Source: an uncultured delta proteobacterium (GTDB taxonomy: Bacteria > Myxococcota_A > Polyangia > Polyangiales > JAFGIB01). From it: a stretch of 64,000 nucleotides of DNA. The stretch's first letter is position 1. The number at the start of each line of letters is the position of its first letter. Where the stretch lies: contig CAVZVA010000010.1 in the NCBI GenBank assembly GCA_963778655.1, positions 1,696,001 through 1,760,000 on the forward strand, given 5' to 3'. The position numbers were made by a program, and so were the translations under genes. Below the pieces are notes generated by a model. That model ran no database searches. It saw nothing but the letters and a program-made list of their open reading frames with translations, and was not told the origin of the DNA. Below are positions 16,774-27,152 of the stretch, piece by piece.

Positions 16774-17891
16774 CACAGCCCTCCGAGCTGGGCGACGCGC
16801 TCGTAGTGGTGGTCGGCGTCGCCAAATTGCGGCCGCACCCACTTGGAGCGCTTGAGGTAGAGCTGCGCGTCGTGCTCGTCGGTGTAGCCGATCGCCCCGT
16901 GCAGCTGGATCGCGTCGACTCCGATGCGCACGAAGGCGTCGCTGGTGTAGGCCTTGGCCATCGAGGCGGCGCGCGGCAGCTCCTGCTCCGCCGCGTCGAG
17001 CGCCCAGGCAGCGTAGTACACGAGCGAGCGGGCGGTCTCGAGCTGCACGTGCATCTCCGCCAGCGGATGCTTGACCCCCTGGAAAGCGCCGATCGGCTTG
17101 CCGAACTGCACCCGCGTCTTGGCGTAGGCCACGGTGAGCGCAAGCACCGCGGCCGCAGCACCGACAGCCTCCGCCGCGGTGGCGACGGCGCCGGCGTCGA
17201 GCAGACGGGAAAGCGCGGCATGCGCGCGCGGCGGCGCGCACAGCAGTTGCTCGCGGCCGAGCCGCACGCCCGACAACCGCAGGTTGCCCATGCGCTTGGT
17301 GGTGTCGATCAGCGGATGGCTCTGCGCCTGCACCCCGGCGAGCGTGCGCTCCACCGCAAACAGGCCGAGCCCCTCGGCGCTGCGCGCCGCGACCACGAAC
17401 AGGTCTGCGCTGCCCGCGTCGTGCACGAAGCACTTTTCGCCCTCGAGCACGTAGCCGTCGCCGTCCGGCACGGCGCGCGCCTGCACGTCTTCGCCGCCCG
17501 GGCGCTGCCCGCGCTCGAGCAGCGCCAGCGTGGCGATTAGCTCGCCGCCCGCGATCTTCGGCAGGTAGCGCGCGCGCAGCGCCTCGTCGCCGTGCTCGAC
17601 CAAGGCGCACGAAGCGAGCAGCGTCGACAGCAGTGGCGAGGGAACGAGCGCGCCGCCCGTCACCTCGAGCAGCACGATCGCGTCCACCCAGCCGAGCCCG
17701 GCGCCGCCGAAGCGCTCGGGCACCAGCAACCCGAGCATGCCGAGCGTGGCCAGCTCTCGCCACAGCGCGGGGTCGTAGCCCGCTTCCGAGCGCGCGAAGC
17801 GCCGCACCTCGGGCATCGGGCTTCTGCGCTGCACCAGCTTCTGCGCTTGCTCGCGCAGCAGCTCCTGCTCCTCTGTGAACCCGAAGTTCAT
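16773..17891 (-). CDS. Acyl-CoA dehydrogenase (partner subunit)
   Basis: MNFGFTEEQELL, RVQFGKPIGAFQGVKH, IQLHGAIGYT; tandem with the preceding ACAD. Confidence 0.92.
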   Translation of the reverse strand: MNFGFTEEQELLREQAQKLVQRRSPMPEVRRFARSEAGYDPALWRELATLGMLGLLVPERFGGAGLGWVDAIVLLEVTGGALVPSPLLSTLLASCALVEHGDEALRARYLPKIAGGELIATLALLERGQRPGGEDVQARAVPDGDGYVLEGEKCFVHDAGSADLFVVAARSAEGLGLFAVERTLAGVQAQSHPLIDTTKRMGNLRLSGVRLGREQLLCAPPRAHAALSRLLDAGAVATAAEAVGAAAAVLALTVAYAKTRVQFGKPIGAFQGVKHPLAEMHVQLETARSLVYYAAWALDAAEQELPRAASMAKAYTSDAFVRIGVDAIQLHGAIGYTDEHDAQLYLKRSKWVRPQFGDADHHYERVAQLGGL

Positions 17892-18195
17892 GCGGCCTCC
17901 ATGCGGGAGGCCAGAACCATACTGCGCTCAGCGCGGCCTCGGGAAGGCCGCTGCCCCAGTCGACCCCAGATCGCTCGCAAGCCGCCCCGGGCGCGGTCCT
18001 GCGCCAACCGGCGAGCGGCACGCCTCCGCGGAGCCCCGCGCGCCGGGTGCGCCGCGCCGGCGCCTCAAAGGGGCTCGCACAAAGGGGCCCGCACAGCTAG
18101 GCGCTGGGCCCCTCGGCCTGCCAGATTTCGATTTGGCCGCGGCAGCCCGTGCTTGCGGCAGCGCATAGCGAGGCACAGGAAGCTCTCGTCCGCCA

Positions 18196-19156
18196 TCAGT
18201 TGGCCCGGATCAGCGCGATCAGGCCGGCCAGGCTGATCACGATCACGATCGCAGCCAGCGCGTAGATCAGCACGTCGGCATCGAAGGGCGGCGGCTTGCT
18301 CTTGCCCGGCCGAGTCGGGGGTAGGGTGGGCTCACCCGCGGTGGCCGCGCCGGCTGCGGCCGGTTGTGCGAGGTCGGGCTCGCTCGGGGCCGGCGCCGCA
18401 CGCGGCGGAGGCGGCGGCAGTGAGCGGTCGGGCTCGCTGCCCAGCGCGTCAATTTGGCTCGTCTGCCGGCTCCTCGAACAGCAGGCGCGTGGTTCCCAGC
18501 ACCAGCTCGTCACCGTCGCGCAGCCTGCGCTGCGCCAGCAGCTGGCCGTTGATGTTCGGCGCCTCCGCGCTGCCGAGCGTCTTGATCAGCACCCCGTCGA
18601 GATCGCGGACCAGCTCGGCGTGCTCCTGCGCCACGGCGGGGTCGGGCAGCACCAGCTGGCAGGCTTCGGCGCGGCCGAGCAGCAGCCGTGCGGGCGGCGG
18701 CGGGACGTCCAGGCTCTTGCCGGTTTCAGGCCCGCTCAGCACGCATAGCCGCGGCCCTTCCACGTGCGCGCCTTGCTGCGACTGTCGGAACAGCCGCCGC
18801 GCGAGCTCCGCGGTTCGCTCCATGGTGGTCGGCTGGGAGAGCACGACCCCGGTGCGGAACGAGAGCGCGTACACGCCGACGTCGATGCGGTCACCGTCGC
18901 GCAGCCGTTTCCCGCGGCCTTGCACCACGCGCGTACCGTTGACCTGCGTGCCGTTCTTGGAGTCATTGTCGAGGATCACGTAGCTGTCGCCGTCGAGCCG
19001 CACGGTGGCATGGGTCTCGCTGACCGTCAGGTGAGGCAGCCGCACGTCGGCCCCCGGCCCCCTACCGATCACGATCCGCGCTTGCTCGAACCCGTAGCCG
19101 ACCTCTTCTGGAAGAGGCTCACCCTCGGCCAGGCTGATCACGAAGCGCACGCCCAT
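18196..19156 (-). pseudogene. Double-FHA membrane protein gene with a single frameshift near 18453
   Basis: Two FHA domains (IGRG..D..L..VSETHA..SKNGT; LGRA...HAE) end at a TGA (18449); a Pro-rich linker and TM tail continue in another frame to 18196. Confidence 0.75.
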
Positions 19157-19330
19157 CGAAACCCACAGCCTCCCCACCCCGGCCCCCCCGGTCAAGCTTT
19201 CGCTCCCCCCCCCGCGCCCCGGCCCTTCGCTTCCGCCGTAGTCGTGTTGGCCCCCCGCCCCCCAACCGCGAGCGCCAAAAACTGGACGTGCGCGCCGGGC
19301 TCTGCGACCTCCTTTGCTGGAGGACCTTCG

Positions 19331-21247
19331 ATGGAACCCAGCCCCGATCGACGCAACGACCGCTCCGAGCGGGTGCCCCTGCGCCTCGCGGTGGAGCTCG
19401 GAGACGGCGACTTCCGCGATCCCTTCGCCGCCGACGCGCTGAACTTCAGCAAGGGCGGCATCTCCGTGCGGGCCGCCTGTCTGCCCGACCTGCACAGCCG
19501 CCTGTGGTGTCGTTTCGAGTGTTTGCCCAGCCGAGCCACGCTCACGGCGCAGGGCGAGGTGGTGTGGGCGCACCTCGACGGCGATTGCAGCGGCGAGTTC
19601 GGGCTGGCGTTCGTCGACCTCGACCCCAAGACCGAATGGCTGCTCGAGGAGATGATCGCCGAGCACGCGGCGCTCGCACGCGGTCACGGCGAGCAGCCCT
19701 GCGAGCCGGTCGCGCGGCTGGCCACGCTCGAGCTCGAGGGCAGCCCCGCGCCGATCGAGGCGCACCTCGCGCGCCGCGAAGAAGGCGGAGCCGTGTTCGA
19801 GCAGCAGCTGGACCTGCTCAGCCTCGGGCGCGGCGTGCTCGCGCGCGCCCCGGGCTCGGCCGAGCGCACCGGCCGCATCGCCGGCGTGGAGTTGCGCATG
19901 GTGGGCAGCGTGCCGATGCTCGCGGTGACGGTCGCCTTCGAGCAGCGCGAGAGCTACGGCGAGCTCAGCTGGAGCGGCAGCGACCCGGCGCCGGACCACG
20001 ACACCGAGCCCGACCTGGCGGCGCCACCTTCGCGCGCGGGCGGCCCGCAGCCGCACGCGGCCGGCGCGCAGACCACGGTGACCGAGTTCGCGCTCGAGCC
20101 GCGCGAGGCCCACGCCGAGCACTCACCTGCCGCCCCCGCCGACAACGCCCCGCTGCCGCCAGCCTTGCAGGCCTCGCCGTCGCGCGAGCCGGCTGCGCGT
20201 GCATCCGCCGCCCAACCCGCCAAGGCAGCGGCTGCCGCCGCGGTCGCGAGCGAGCGCGACTTCTCGCGCAGCTTCGCGCTGCCCGGCGACGACGCCGACG
20301 ACCAGCTCGAAGACGAGCTCGAGGCGTTTTCCGCCCCGGCCTGGCAGCCGTTGCTGCGCGCCGCGCTGCGCGGGCTGCGCGCACAGCTCGCGATCTTGGG
20401 CGTGGCGCTTGCCCGTCTCTGCGCCGCCGCGTTTCGCCGCGCGCTGCCTGCAGTGCGTGGGACGCAGCTGCGCACCACCTCCACCCTGCGCGCGCTCTAC
20501 GGCAACGCAATCGGACCGCGGGTGGGCACCGCCCGCCGCATGCTGCGCGCGCAGCTTCCCGGCAAGCGCCGGCGCACGACCCGCGCCCCGATTGCCGCCC
20601 GGCGCGCCGGGTCCGGCTCGCTCGGCCGCACGCTGCTGTTGGGCCTGCTCGCCGCGCTCGGCGCCGGGCTCGGTGTCTACGCGCTGGGGCCCTTCGGTCA
20701 CGCCGAGCGCATCGACTTGCCGCGCGGGGTGCGCCCCGACGCCTCGCCGGCCGCGGTCGCGGCACCGGCAACGCCGGCTGCGGCTGCCGCGCCGGTTGCG
20801 CCCGCCCCGAGCGCGAGCGCAGCCGCGGGCGAGCCGCACGCAGCCGTCGCCGAGGTGGCGGTGGCGAGCGCCGAGCGCGTGCCGCCGTCCTCGCCCTACG
20901 CCATCGACGTACGCAAGGCGGGCGCCGCCAGCGGCGAGCCGGCGCACAAGCTGCGCTTCGGCGCCAGCACGGTTCCCAACGCGCGCCACTTTACGCTGCG
21001 TATGAGCGGGCGGGTGCGTACGCTGCAGGGCACGCCCGACCGGGGCGGCTTCACCGTCGTGATTCCCGGCTGCCTGTCGCTCGATCGCGCCGGGCCGATC
21101 GGCTCGGCGCTGAAGTCGGTCGCGCACGCCAGGATCATCAACAAGGGCGACCACGCGGAGCTGAGCGTTCGCTTTACAGACGGCAAGCAGCCGGCCTACC
21201 GGGTCAGCGCCGACGGCAGCACGCTCAACGTCGCGATCGAGGAGTAA
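19331..21247 (+). CDS. PilZ-domain membrane protein with C-terminal AMIN-like domain
   Basis: RSERVP and NFSKGG PilZ motifs, GEVVW, TM segment, C-terminal beta domain; RBS GGAGGA. Confidence 0.75.
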   Translation: MEPSPDRRNDRSERVPLRLAVELGDGDFRDPFAADALNFSKGGISVRAACLPDLHSRLWCRFECLPSRATLTAQGEVVWAHLDGDCSGEFGLAFVDLDPKTEWLLEEMIAEHAALARGHGEQPCEPVARLATLELEGSPAPIEAHLARREEGGAVFEQQLDLLSLGRGVLARAPGSAERTGRIAGVELRMVGSVPMLAVTVAFEQRESYGELSWSGSDPAPDHDTEPDLAAPPSRAGGPQPHAAGAQTTVTEFALEPREAHAEHSPAAPADNAPLPPALQASPSREPAARASAAQPAKAAAAAAVASERDFSRSFALPGDDADDQLEDELEAFSAPAWQPLLRAALRGLRAQLAILGVALARLCAAAFRRALPAVRGTQLRTTSTLRALYGNAIGPRVGTARRMLRAQLPGKRRRTTRAPIAARRAGSGSLGRTLLLGLLAALGAGLGVYALGPFGHAERIDLPRGVRPDASPAAVAAPATPAAAAAPVAPAPSASAAAGEPHAAVAEVAVASAERVPPSSPYAIDVRKAGAASGEPAHKLRFGASTVPNARHFTLRMSGRVRTLQGTPDRGGFTVVIPGCLSLDRAGPIGSALKSVAHARIINKGDHAELSVRFTDGKQPAYRVSADGSTLNVAIEE

Positions 21248-21371
21248 GCGAGCCGGCGCAGCTGGGCTGGCTGCCCGCGCCGATTCGAATACAAGAAGGC
21301 GGGCGCACGAGAAGCGCAAACGGATTCTCTTCCCGCCTTCGCGTCCTCCTGTTGCATTTTCGAAGCGCGCG

Positions 21372-23030
21372 TCAGTCTTCGCGCGGATCGGGGCGGCAGG
21401 CGAGCACCACGTCGAACGTGGTCCCGCGACCCACCTCGCTCTGCACCGAGATGGTGCCACGGTGCTGCTCCACGATGTTCTTCACGATCGAGAGGCCGAG
21501 GCCGGTGCCCTTGCCCTCGCCCTTGGTGGTGAAGAACGGCTCGAAGATGCGCCGCAGGTTGTCCTCGGTAATGCCCTTGCCGTTGTCGATCACGCGTACC
21601 GAGAGCCGGCCGTCGCTGCCCGGCGCGGTGGTCAGCGTGAGCCGGCCCGCGCCCAACGGCATCGCGTGGCATGCGTTCGTGACCAGGTTGACGAAGACCT
21701 GCACCAGCTGTCCCTTGACCCCATACACCGGCGGCAGCGTCATGTCGTACTGCTTGTCGATCCGGGCGCCGGTCTCCTCCACCAGGTGCTCGCAGAACAC
21801 CACCGCCTGGTCGATCAGCTCGTGGACCTCGACCGGAACCGGCTTCTCGGTCGAGGGCCGAGCATAGGTGACGAGGTCGCGGGTGAACTTCAGGATCCGA
21901 TCCGCGCTCTCGACGATGCGGCGCAGCTTTTCCACGTCGGGCGCGGCCGCGCCGTCGCGCGGCGCCTTCTTCAATAGATAGTCCGCGTAGACAGAGATGC
22001 TGGTGAGCGGATTGTTCAGCTCGTGCACCACGCCGGCAGCGAGCTGGCCCAGGGTGGCGAGCTTCTCTGCGTGGATCACCTGCTCCTCCAGCTCGCGTAG
22101 CTCGGTCACGTCGCGGTAGATGTAGATCACGCCCTCGACGTCACCGTCGGGGCTCAAGATCGAGGCGGTGTTCACCGCGACCTGAGCGAAGCTTCCGTCG
22201 CGCCGAGGCAGTCGCACCTCGACGTTGGTGCTGGGCTCGCCCCGCAATGCGCTGATGTACACCGGCAGGATGCGCCGCCGCTCGACCTCGGGCAGCAAGC
22301 TCAACCAGTCCTTACCCAGGATGTCGTCGCGCCGAAACGCGGTAATGTTCAGAAAGGCGCGGTTGGCGAACGAGATCTCGCCGTCGCGCCCCATCACCAT
22401 GATCGGCGCGTTGGCGTGGTCGAGCAGCTTGCTCAGGTAATCGCGCAGATAGACCGACTCGCGGTGCAGGCGCGAATTGCGCAGCGCGCTGCCGAGCTGC
22501 AGGGCGAGCTGCACGATCAGCGGCCGGTCGTCGGTAGGCGGCGCGGTGTGTTCCGGGTACTCGACCGACAGCACGCCGGCGATGTGCTCGCCATCGATCA
22601 TCGGCACGTCGAAGCCCTCGTGTCCGTTGACGAAGAAGGGATGATAGGCGTCGATCGCGGAGATTGGGGCCTCCTCCGGCCCCGGCAGCGCGAAGCCGTG
22701 ACGCTGCAGTGCTTCGCGTGTGAGCTCGATGCGGTCTCTGCGCTCGGGACGCAACCGTCCGGTCGCGTACACCATGCTCAGCCCGTTGCCCTGCGCGCCC
22801 AGCAGGCGCACGCAGAACAGCCGCTCCGGGAACAGCCGCTTGAAACGCTCGATATAGGCGTGCACGACCTCGTCGGTGTGCATGACCACGGTCACCGCGC
22901 GGCTGAGCTCGAGCACCGCCTCGAGCACTTGGTGGGGTCCGGGGGCGCGCAGCCGGACGTGGGTTCCACGGCCGCTTTCGATCTCGAGCGCCTCGTCCTC
23001 CACGTTCTCGCCGTCCCGTCCCATGGTCAC
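21372..23030 (-). CDS. GAF-PAS sensor histidine kinase
   Basis: H box [10 protein letters not shown] box NLVTNA, G1 [20 protein letters not shown]. Confidence 0.93.
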   Translation of the reverse strand: MTMGRDGENVEDEALEIESGRGTHVRLRAPGPHQVLEAVLELSRAVTVVMHTDEVVHAYIERFKRLFPERLFCVRLLGAQGNGLSMVYATGRLRPERRDRIELTREALQRHGFALPGPEEAPISAIDAYHPFFVNGHEGFDVPMIDGEHIAGVLSVEYPEHTAPPTDDRPLIVQLALQLGSALRNSRLHRESVYLRDYLSKLLDHANAPIMVMGRDGEISFANRAFLNITAFRRDDILGKDWLSLLPEVERRRILPVYISALRGEPSTNVEVRLPRRDGSFAQVAVNTASILSPDGDVEGVIYIYRDVTELRELEEQVIHAEKLATLGQLAAGVVHELNNPLTSISVYADYLLKKAPRDGAAAPDVEKLRRIVESADRILKFTRDLVTYARPSTEKPVPVEVHELIDQAVVFCEHLVEETGARIDKQYDMTLPPVYGVKGQLVQVFVNLVTNACHAMPLGAGRLTLTTAPGSDGRLSVRVIDNGKGITEDNLRRIFEPFFTTKGEGKGTGLGLSIVKNIVEQHRGTISVQSEVGRGTTFDVVLACRPDPRED

Positions 23031-25042
23031 TCGCCGTCTTCACTCGGCTCCGGATCGTCGCCGCTGGCTCGGTCGAGATCCAGGATTCTCTGGTCTCCGA
23101 CGTACGATTTGGTCTCGTAGCGCGTCAGCTTGCCGATCTTGCGTACGATCTCGGCCATGCGCTGCGCTTCCTGGTGGATCACCTCGGCTCCGCGATGGGT
23201 GGGGGAATCGCTGGGTAGCTTGCGCAGCAGCAGCTCCGCGTAGCCCATCACGCTGGTCAGCGGCTGGTTCAGCTCGTGCGCCGTCGCGCCCGCCAGCTCG
23301 GCCACCAGCGCCTGCTTCTCGCTCACCGCGAGCTTCTCCTGGGCTTGCGCCAGTTGTTGCTCGACGCGCACCCGCTCGCGCAGATCGGTGAAGATGCCGA
23401 AGGTGGCCGTGGGCCGCCCGTCCTCGTCGTAGATCACGGCGGCCGTGAGCGAGATCGGGAAGATCGTCCCGCGTTGATCGACCGCCTCGATTCTGACTGG
23501 CTCCAGCCGGCCGACGCCGCCGTGATTACGGCTGCGCAGCATGCGCATTACCTCGCGCGCGCCGTCGCCGGGATAGAGCGCGGTCACGTTCATCTTCCCG
23601 ATCACATCGTCTGCGCGGTGCCCGTAGAGCTGCTGCGCCCCCTTGTTGAACAGCACGATCGTGCCGTCCATGTCGGCGGCCACGATCGCGTCGACGCTGG
23701 CGTCGATCAGCGACTGCAGGAAGTTCCGGGTGTGCACCAGGTCGTCGCGCGTCTTGCGATCCTCGGTGACGTCGCGAAACGACAGCAGCACCGCGCCCTC
23801 GGTCCCCGCCAGCGGCGAGAAGGAGCCGTTGATCACGATGCGTTTGCCGTTCTTGTGCGAGATGCCGATGTCGACATTGTGCGGATACTCGCCGTCGCCG
23901 AGTTGTTGCCGCAGCTTGGTTACCGTGCGCCGCTCGCCCGCCGGCACCAGCTCCCACAGCGGCTTGCCCAGCGAGACCTCCGCCTCGTAGCCGAGAATGG
24001 CGTGCGCGCTCGGGTTGGCGAACAGCATGCGCCCGTCGAGGTCGAAGGCCGCCAGCCCGTCGGCGGCCGACGAGAGCAGATCGGCATAGCGCTTGAGCAC
24101 GCTCAGGCGCTTCTCGGCCTCGATCCGCGCGTGGGTATCGCGCTGCGTCTCGTCGCGCAGCGACTGCAAGATGCGCGCGTTGCGCAAGGCCACCGCGGTG
24201 GCGTTGGCCAGCACCTCGCAGAAGTCGAGCTGGTGGCTGCTGAGCGCCCCGCGGCGCGTGCGCGCGCGCACGAACAGCACGCCCATCGGCTGCTCCTCCC
24301 ACACGATCGGGATCAGGGTCAGCGCGGAAAGGCCGGCGTCGGAGACCGACCGGCGCACCTCGTCCAGCAGCGGGTGATGGTCGACGTCCTGGATCGTCAG
24401 CGACTCCCGCGTCTTGAGCGCGTGGCGTATCTCCGGGTATTTGGCCAGGTCGAGCTTCAGGTTCTGCAGCTTCTCGTCGTCGCTCGCGGCCACCACGTAG
24501 CCCACCGTGCCCTCGTCCGGCACCAGCACGATCGAGACGCGGTCGACGTCGATCACGCTCGCGATGCGGCTGACCAGGATGTAGAGGATCTCCTGGAAGT
24601 CGAGCGACGACACCAGCGTGCGCGTCAGCTCGAGCAGCAGCTCGGAGGTCGGTCCTTCGTTCTCGCCCCAGGTGCGCCGCGAGCGCCGCGACAACCGTGC
24701 CTGCACCCGCGCCAGCAGCTCGCCTTCGCGCGGCGGCAGCAGCAAGACGTCATCCGCCCCTCGGGCCAGGGCCGCGGGCAAGCGGGCATCGTCGGCGCGC
24801 GGCGCCGTGATCAGGATCGGCGCGCGCGTGGCAGCCCGCAGCGCCGCCGCCTGCGAGCCGGCGCTCTGGGGCGTCGCGGCGTACAGCAGCACCACCCCGG
24901 CCGTGGCGGCTTCGACCGCGAGGTCGTCGGCGTCGGCTCTGCGCTCGCGCAGCTCGAAGGGCGCGTCCTGCGGGAGCCCGAGCGCGGCGCGCTCGGCCTC
25001 GGCGCCTTCCCATACGATCAGCAGACGCGGCCTTGGCTCCAT
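23027..25042 (-). CDS. Degenerate REC-GAF-PAS-PAS-HisKA protein lacking the HATPase domain
   Basis: GADDVL receiver-like tail, GAF, two PAS domains, AHELNQPL; ends about 70 aa after the His. Confidence 0.85.
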   Translation of the reverse strand: MEPRPRLLIVWEGAEAERAALGLPQDAPFELRERRADADDLAVEAATAGVVLLYAATPQSAGSQAAALRAATRAPILITAPRADDARLPAALARGADDVLLLPPREGELLARVQARLSRRSRRTWGENEGPTSELLLELTRTLVSSLDFQEILYILVSRIASVIDVDRVSIVLVPDEGTVGYVVAASDDEKLQNLKLDLAKYPEIRHALKTRESLTIQDVDHHPLLDEVRRSVSDAGLSALTLIPIVWEEQPMGVLFVRARTRRGALSSHQLDFCEVLANATAVALRNARILQSLRDETQRDTHARIEAEKRLSVLKRYADLLSSAADGLAAFDLDGRMLFANPSAHAILGYEAEVSLGKPLWELVPAGERRTVTKLRQQLGDGEYPHNVDIGISHKNGKRIVINGSFSPLAGTEGAVLLSFRDVTEDRKTRDDLVHTRNFLQSLIDASVDAIVAADMDGTIVLFNKGAQQLYGHRADDVIGKMNVTALYPGDGAREVMRMLRSRNHGGVGRLEPVRIEAVDQRGTIFPISLTAAVIYDEDGRPTATFGIFTDLRERVRVEQQLAQAQEKLAVSEKQALVAELAGATAHELNQPLTSVMGYAELLLRKLPSDSPTHRGAEVIHQEAQRMAEIVRKIGKLTRYETKSYVGDQRILDLDRASGDDPEPSEDGE

Positions 25043-25149
25043 TCGCGCGCGAGATCCCCAGGCAGAGACATTAGAATCCTACGCCATCGGCGGACCTACT
25101 CAAAGCAGGCCATGGCGGCTGCGCGCCGATCGGCTAGGCTGGGGCTCCC

Positions 25150-25998
25150 GTGACGGCACCCGCAACACCCTCCATGTCGCCCGAAAGGCAAGCACCGATT
25201 GGAGTATTCGACTCTGGCTTGGGCGGGCTGACCGTCGTGCGCGCGATTATGGAGCGGCTTCCCCGGGAAAACCTGGTCTATCTCGGGGACAACGCCCGCG
25301 TGCCCTACGGCACGCGCAGCCCCAAGACCGTGCTGAGCTACGCCCGCAGCTGCGCGCGCGGGCTGCGCGAGTACCAGATCAAGCTGCTGGTCGTTGCCTG
25401 CAACACCGTAAGCGCGGTCGCGCTCGAGCTGCTGGCGGTCGAGCTCGACATCCCGGTGCTCGGCGTGATCGAGCCGGGCGCGCGTGCCGGGGTGCGGCGC
25501 AGCCAGAGCGGCCGCATCGGCGTGATCGCCACCGCGGCGACAGTCGACTCCGGCGCGTATCCGCGCGCGGTCGCCAGCGCCGAGACGCGCGCCCAGACCA
25601 GCATGGCGGCGGCTCCGCTGCTGGTCCCGCTGGCTGAGGAGGGCTGGACCGAGGGCGAGGTGCCTGCGCTCGCCGTGCGCCGCTACCTCGAGCCGCTGGT
25701 GCGCGCGGGCATCGACACGCTGGTGCTCGGCTGCACGCACTATCCGCTGCTGCGCGGCGAGATCTCGCGCGCGCTCGCCGCGCTCAGCAACCGCCAGATC
25801 CCGGTGGTCGACAGCGCCGAGGCGACCGCGGAGGAGCTCGCCGCCCTGCTCGAGACTCGCGGGCTGCAGGCGCAACGCGCCGAGCAGGGCGAGCTGCGGC
25901 TGCTGGTTACCGACGTGCCCAAGCGCTTCGGCGAGGTCGCCTCGCGCTTCCTGGGCCGCTCGCTCAGCGGGCTGCAGGTTGAGGCGATCGATCTGTGA
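25150..25998 (+). CDS. murI: Glutamate racemase
   Basis: IGVFDSGLGGLTV, PYG, VVACNT, LGCTHYP. Confidence 0.96.
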   Translation: MTAPATPSMSPERQAPIGVFDSGLGGLTVVRAIMERLPRENLVYLGDNARVPYGTRSPKTVLSYARSCARGLREYQIKLLVVACNTVSAVALELLAVELDIPVLGVIEPGARAGVRRSQSGRIGVIATAATVDSGAYPRAVASAETRAQTSMAAAPLLVPLAEEGWTEGEVPALAVRRYLEPLVRAGIDTLVLGCTHYPLLRGEISRALAALSNRQIPVVDSAEATAEELAALLETRGLQAQRAEQGELRLLVTDVPKRFGEVASRFLGRSLSGLQVEAIDL

Positions 25999-26758
25999 GC
26001 AGCGTTTCGATGCGCGCCTGCACGTCGCCGGCATCGGGCGCGGGCTCGGCCTCGCGCAGATACGTGCGATAGTAGTCCACCGCGTCGGCCGGTCGTCCCA
26101 GCCGCTCGGCCGCCAGCGCCATGTCGTATGCCAGCTCCGGCAGCGACGCGAATCGGCGCGCGGCGCCGAAGGCCGCCAGCGCAGCTTCGTAGCGTGCGGC
26201 CGCGAACAGCTTCTTGCCGCGCTCGAAGAAGGTGCGCGCTTCGGCCGCCAGCGCCGCGCGCGAAGGCGGGGGCGCGCGCAGCTGCGCGCGCTGGCGTGCC
26301 TTGAGCGCCAGCAGCTTGTCGATACGCGCCTCGATCTGCGCCCGCTCCGCCGCCGTCACCTGCGACTGGGCCAGGTAGGCGCGGAAGTGGCGCACGGCCG
26401 GCGTCGGCTCGCCCACGCGCTCGTAGAGGCGCGCCAGATCGAACTCGATCTCGGGCGAAGGCGCCAGCGCATAGGCGCGCGACAGGTGCGCGAGCGCCTG
26501 TTTCAGTCGTCCGGCCCGGTAAGCGGCCCGACCCTGCTCGAACTCGGCGCGCGCCGGCGCCAGCTTGTCGCCGGCCGGCGCGGCCGCCGCGGGCTGCGGC
26601 TGTACGCGCTTGGCCTGCGCGGGCGCTGGCTCGGCTGCCGGCGGCTGCGCGCGCGCCAGCGCGCGGGGCAGCGCCAGCGCGAGCGCTAGCGAGATCGCCG
26701 CGCCCGCCGCGGCCGCGCGCGGCCGCCCCGCTCTCGCCCTGCCCCCCGCCGCGCTCAC
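25964..26758 (-). CDS. Secreted TPR-repeat protein
   Basis: Signal peptide; two repeats of A...FE.G...Y.A.R...AL..F..AY. Confidence 0.75.
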   Translation of the reverse strand: MSAAGGRARAGRPRAAAAGAAISLALALALPRALARAQPPAAEPAPAQAKRVQPQPAAAAPAGDKLAPARAEFEQGRAAYRAGRLKQALAHLSRAYALAPSPEIEFDLARLYERVGEPTPAVRHFRAYLAQSQVTAAERAQIEARIDKLLALKARQRAQLRAPPPSRAALAAEARTFFERGKKLFAAARYEAALAAFGAARRFASLPELAYDMALAAERLGRPADAVDYYRTYLREAEPAPDAGDVQARIETLLTDRSPQPAAR

Positions 26759-26780
26759 CGTCCCGCCGCCGCCGGCGCGC

Positions 26781-27077
26781 TCAACCCGCCGAATCGCGCA
26801 CCTTGGCGCCGTCCCGCCGCGACGAGCGCTGCGCCTCGATCTCGCGCTCCAGCTTGCGCACGGTACGCCGCAGCTCGCGCACCTCGGCTTCGGTCGCGAG
26901 GCTCAAGCTCTTGGCGACGCGCTGCGCACGCGACACCAGATCCTGCTGGACCTTGGCCCGCAGCTGCAGCGCACCCATCAGACCCTGCATCACCCTCGGG
27001 TTCTGCAGCGCCTTCATCACGCGTGGATCCTGCACCACGCGCAACGCACGGTTCATCAACTCTTGTTTCAAGTCCAA
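26781..27077 (-). CDS. Coiled-coil hypothetical protein
   Basis: MDLKQELMNRAL...LSLATEAEVRELRRTVRKLE. Confidence 0.65.
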   Translation of the reverse strand: MDLKQELMNRALRVVQDPRVMKALQNPRVMQGLMGALQLRAKVQQDLVSRAQRVAKSLSLATEAEVRELRRTVRKLEREIEAQRSSRRDGAKVRDSAG

Positions 27078-27152
27078 GGCTCACCTGGCGAGACCCTCTT
27101 ACTTAGCGGCTGCCTTTCTGGCTGTCAAAGCGGCCGGCGGCGTGTCCGCGCG

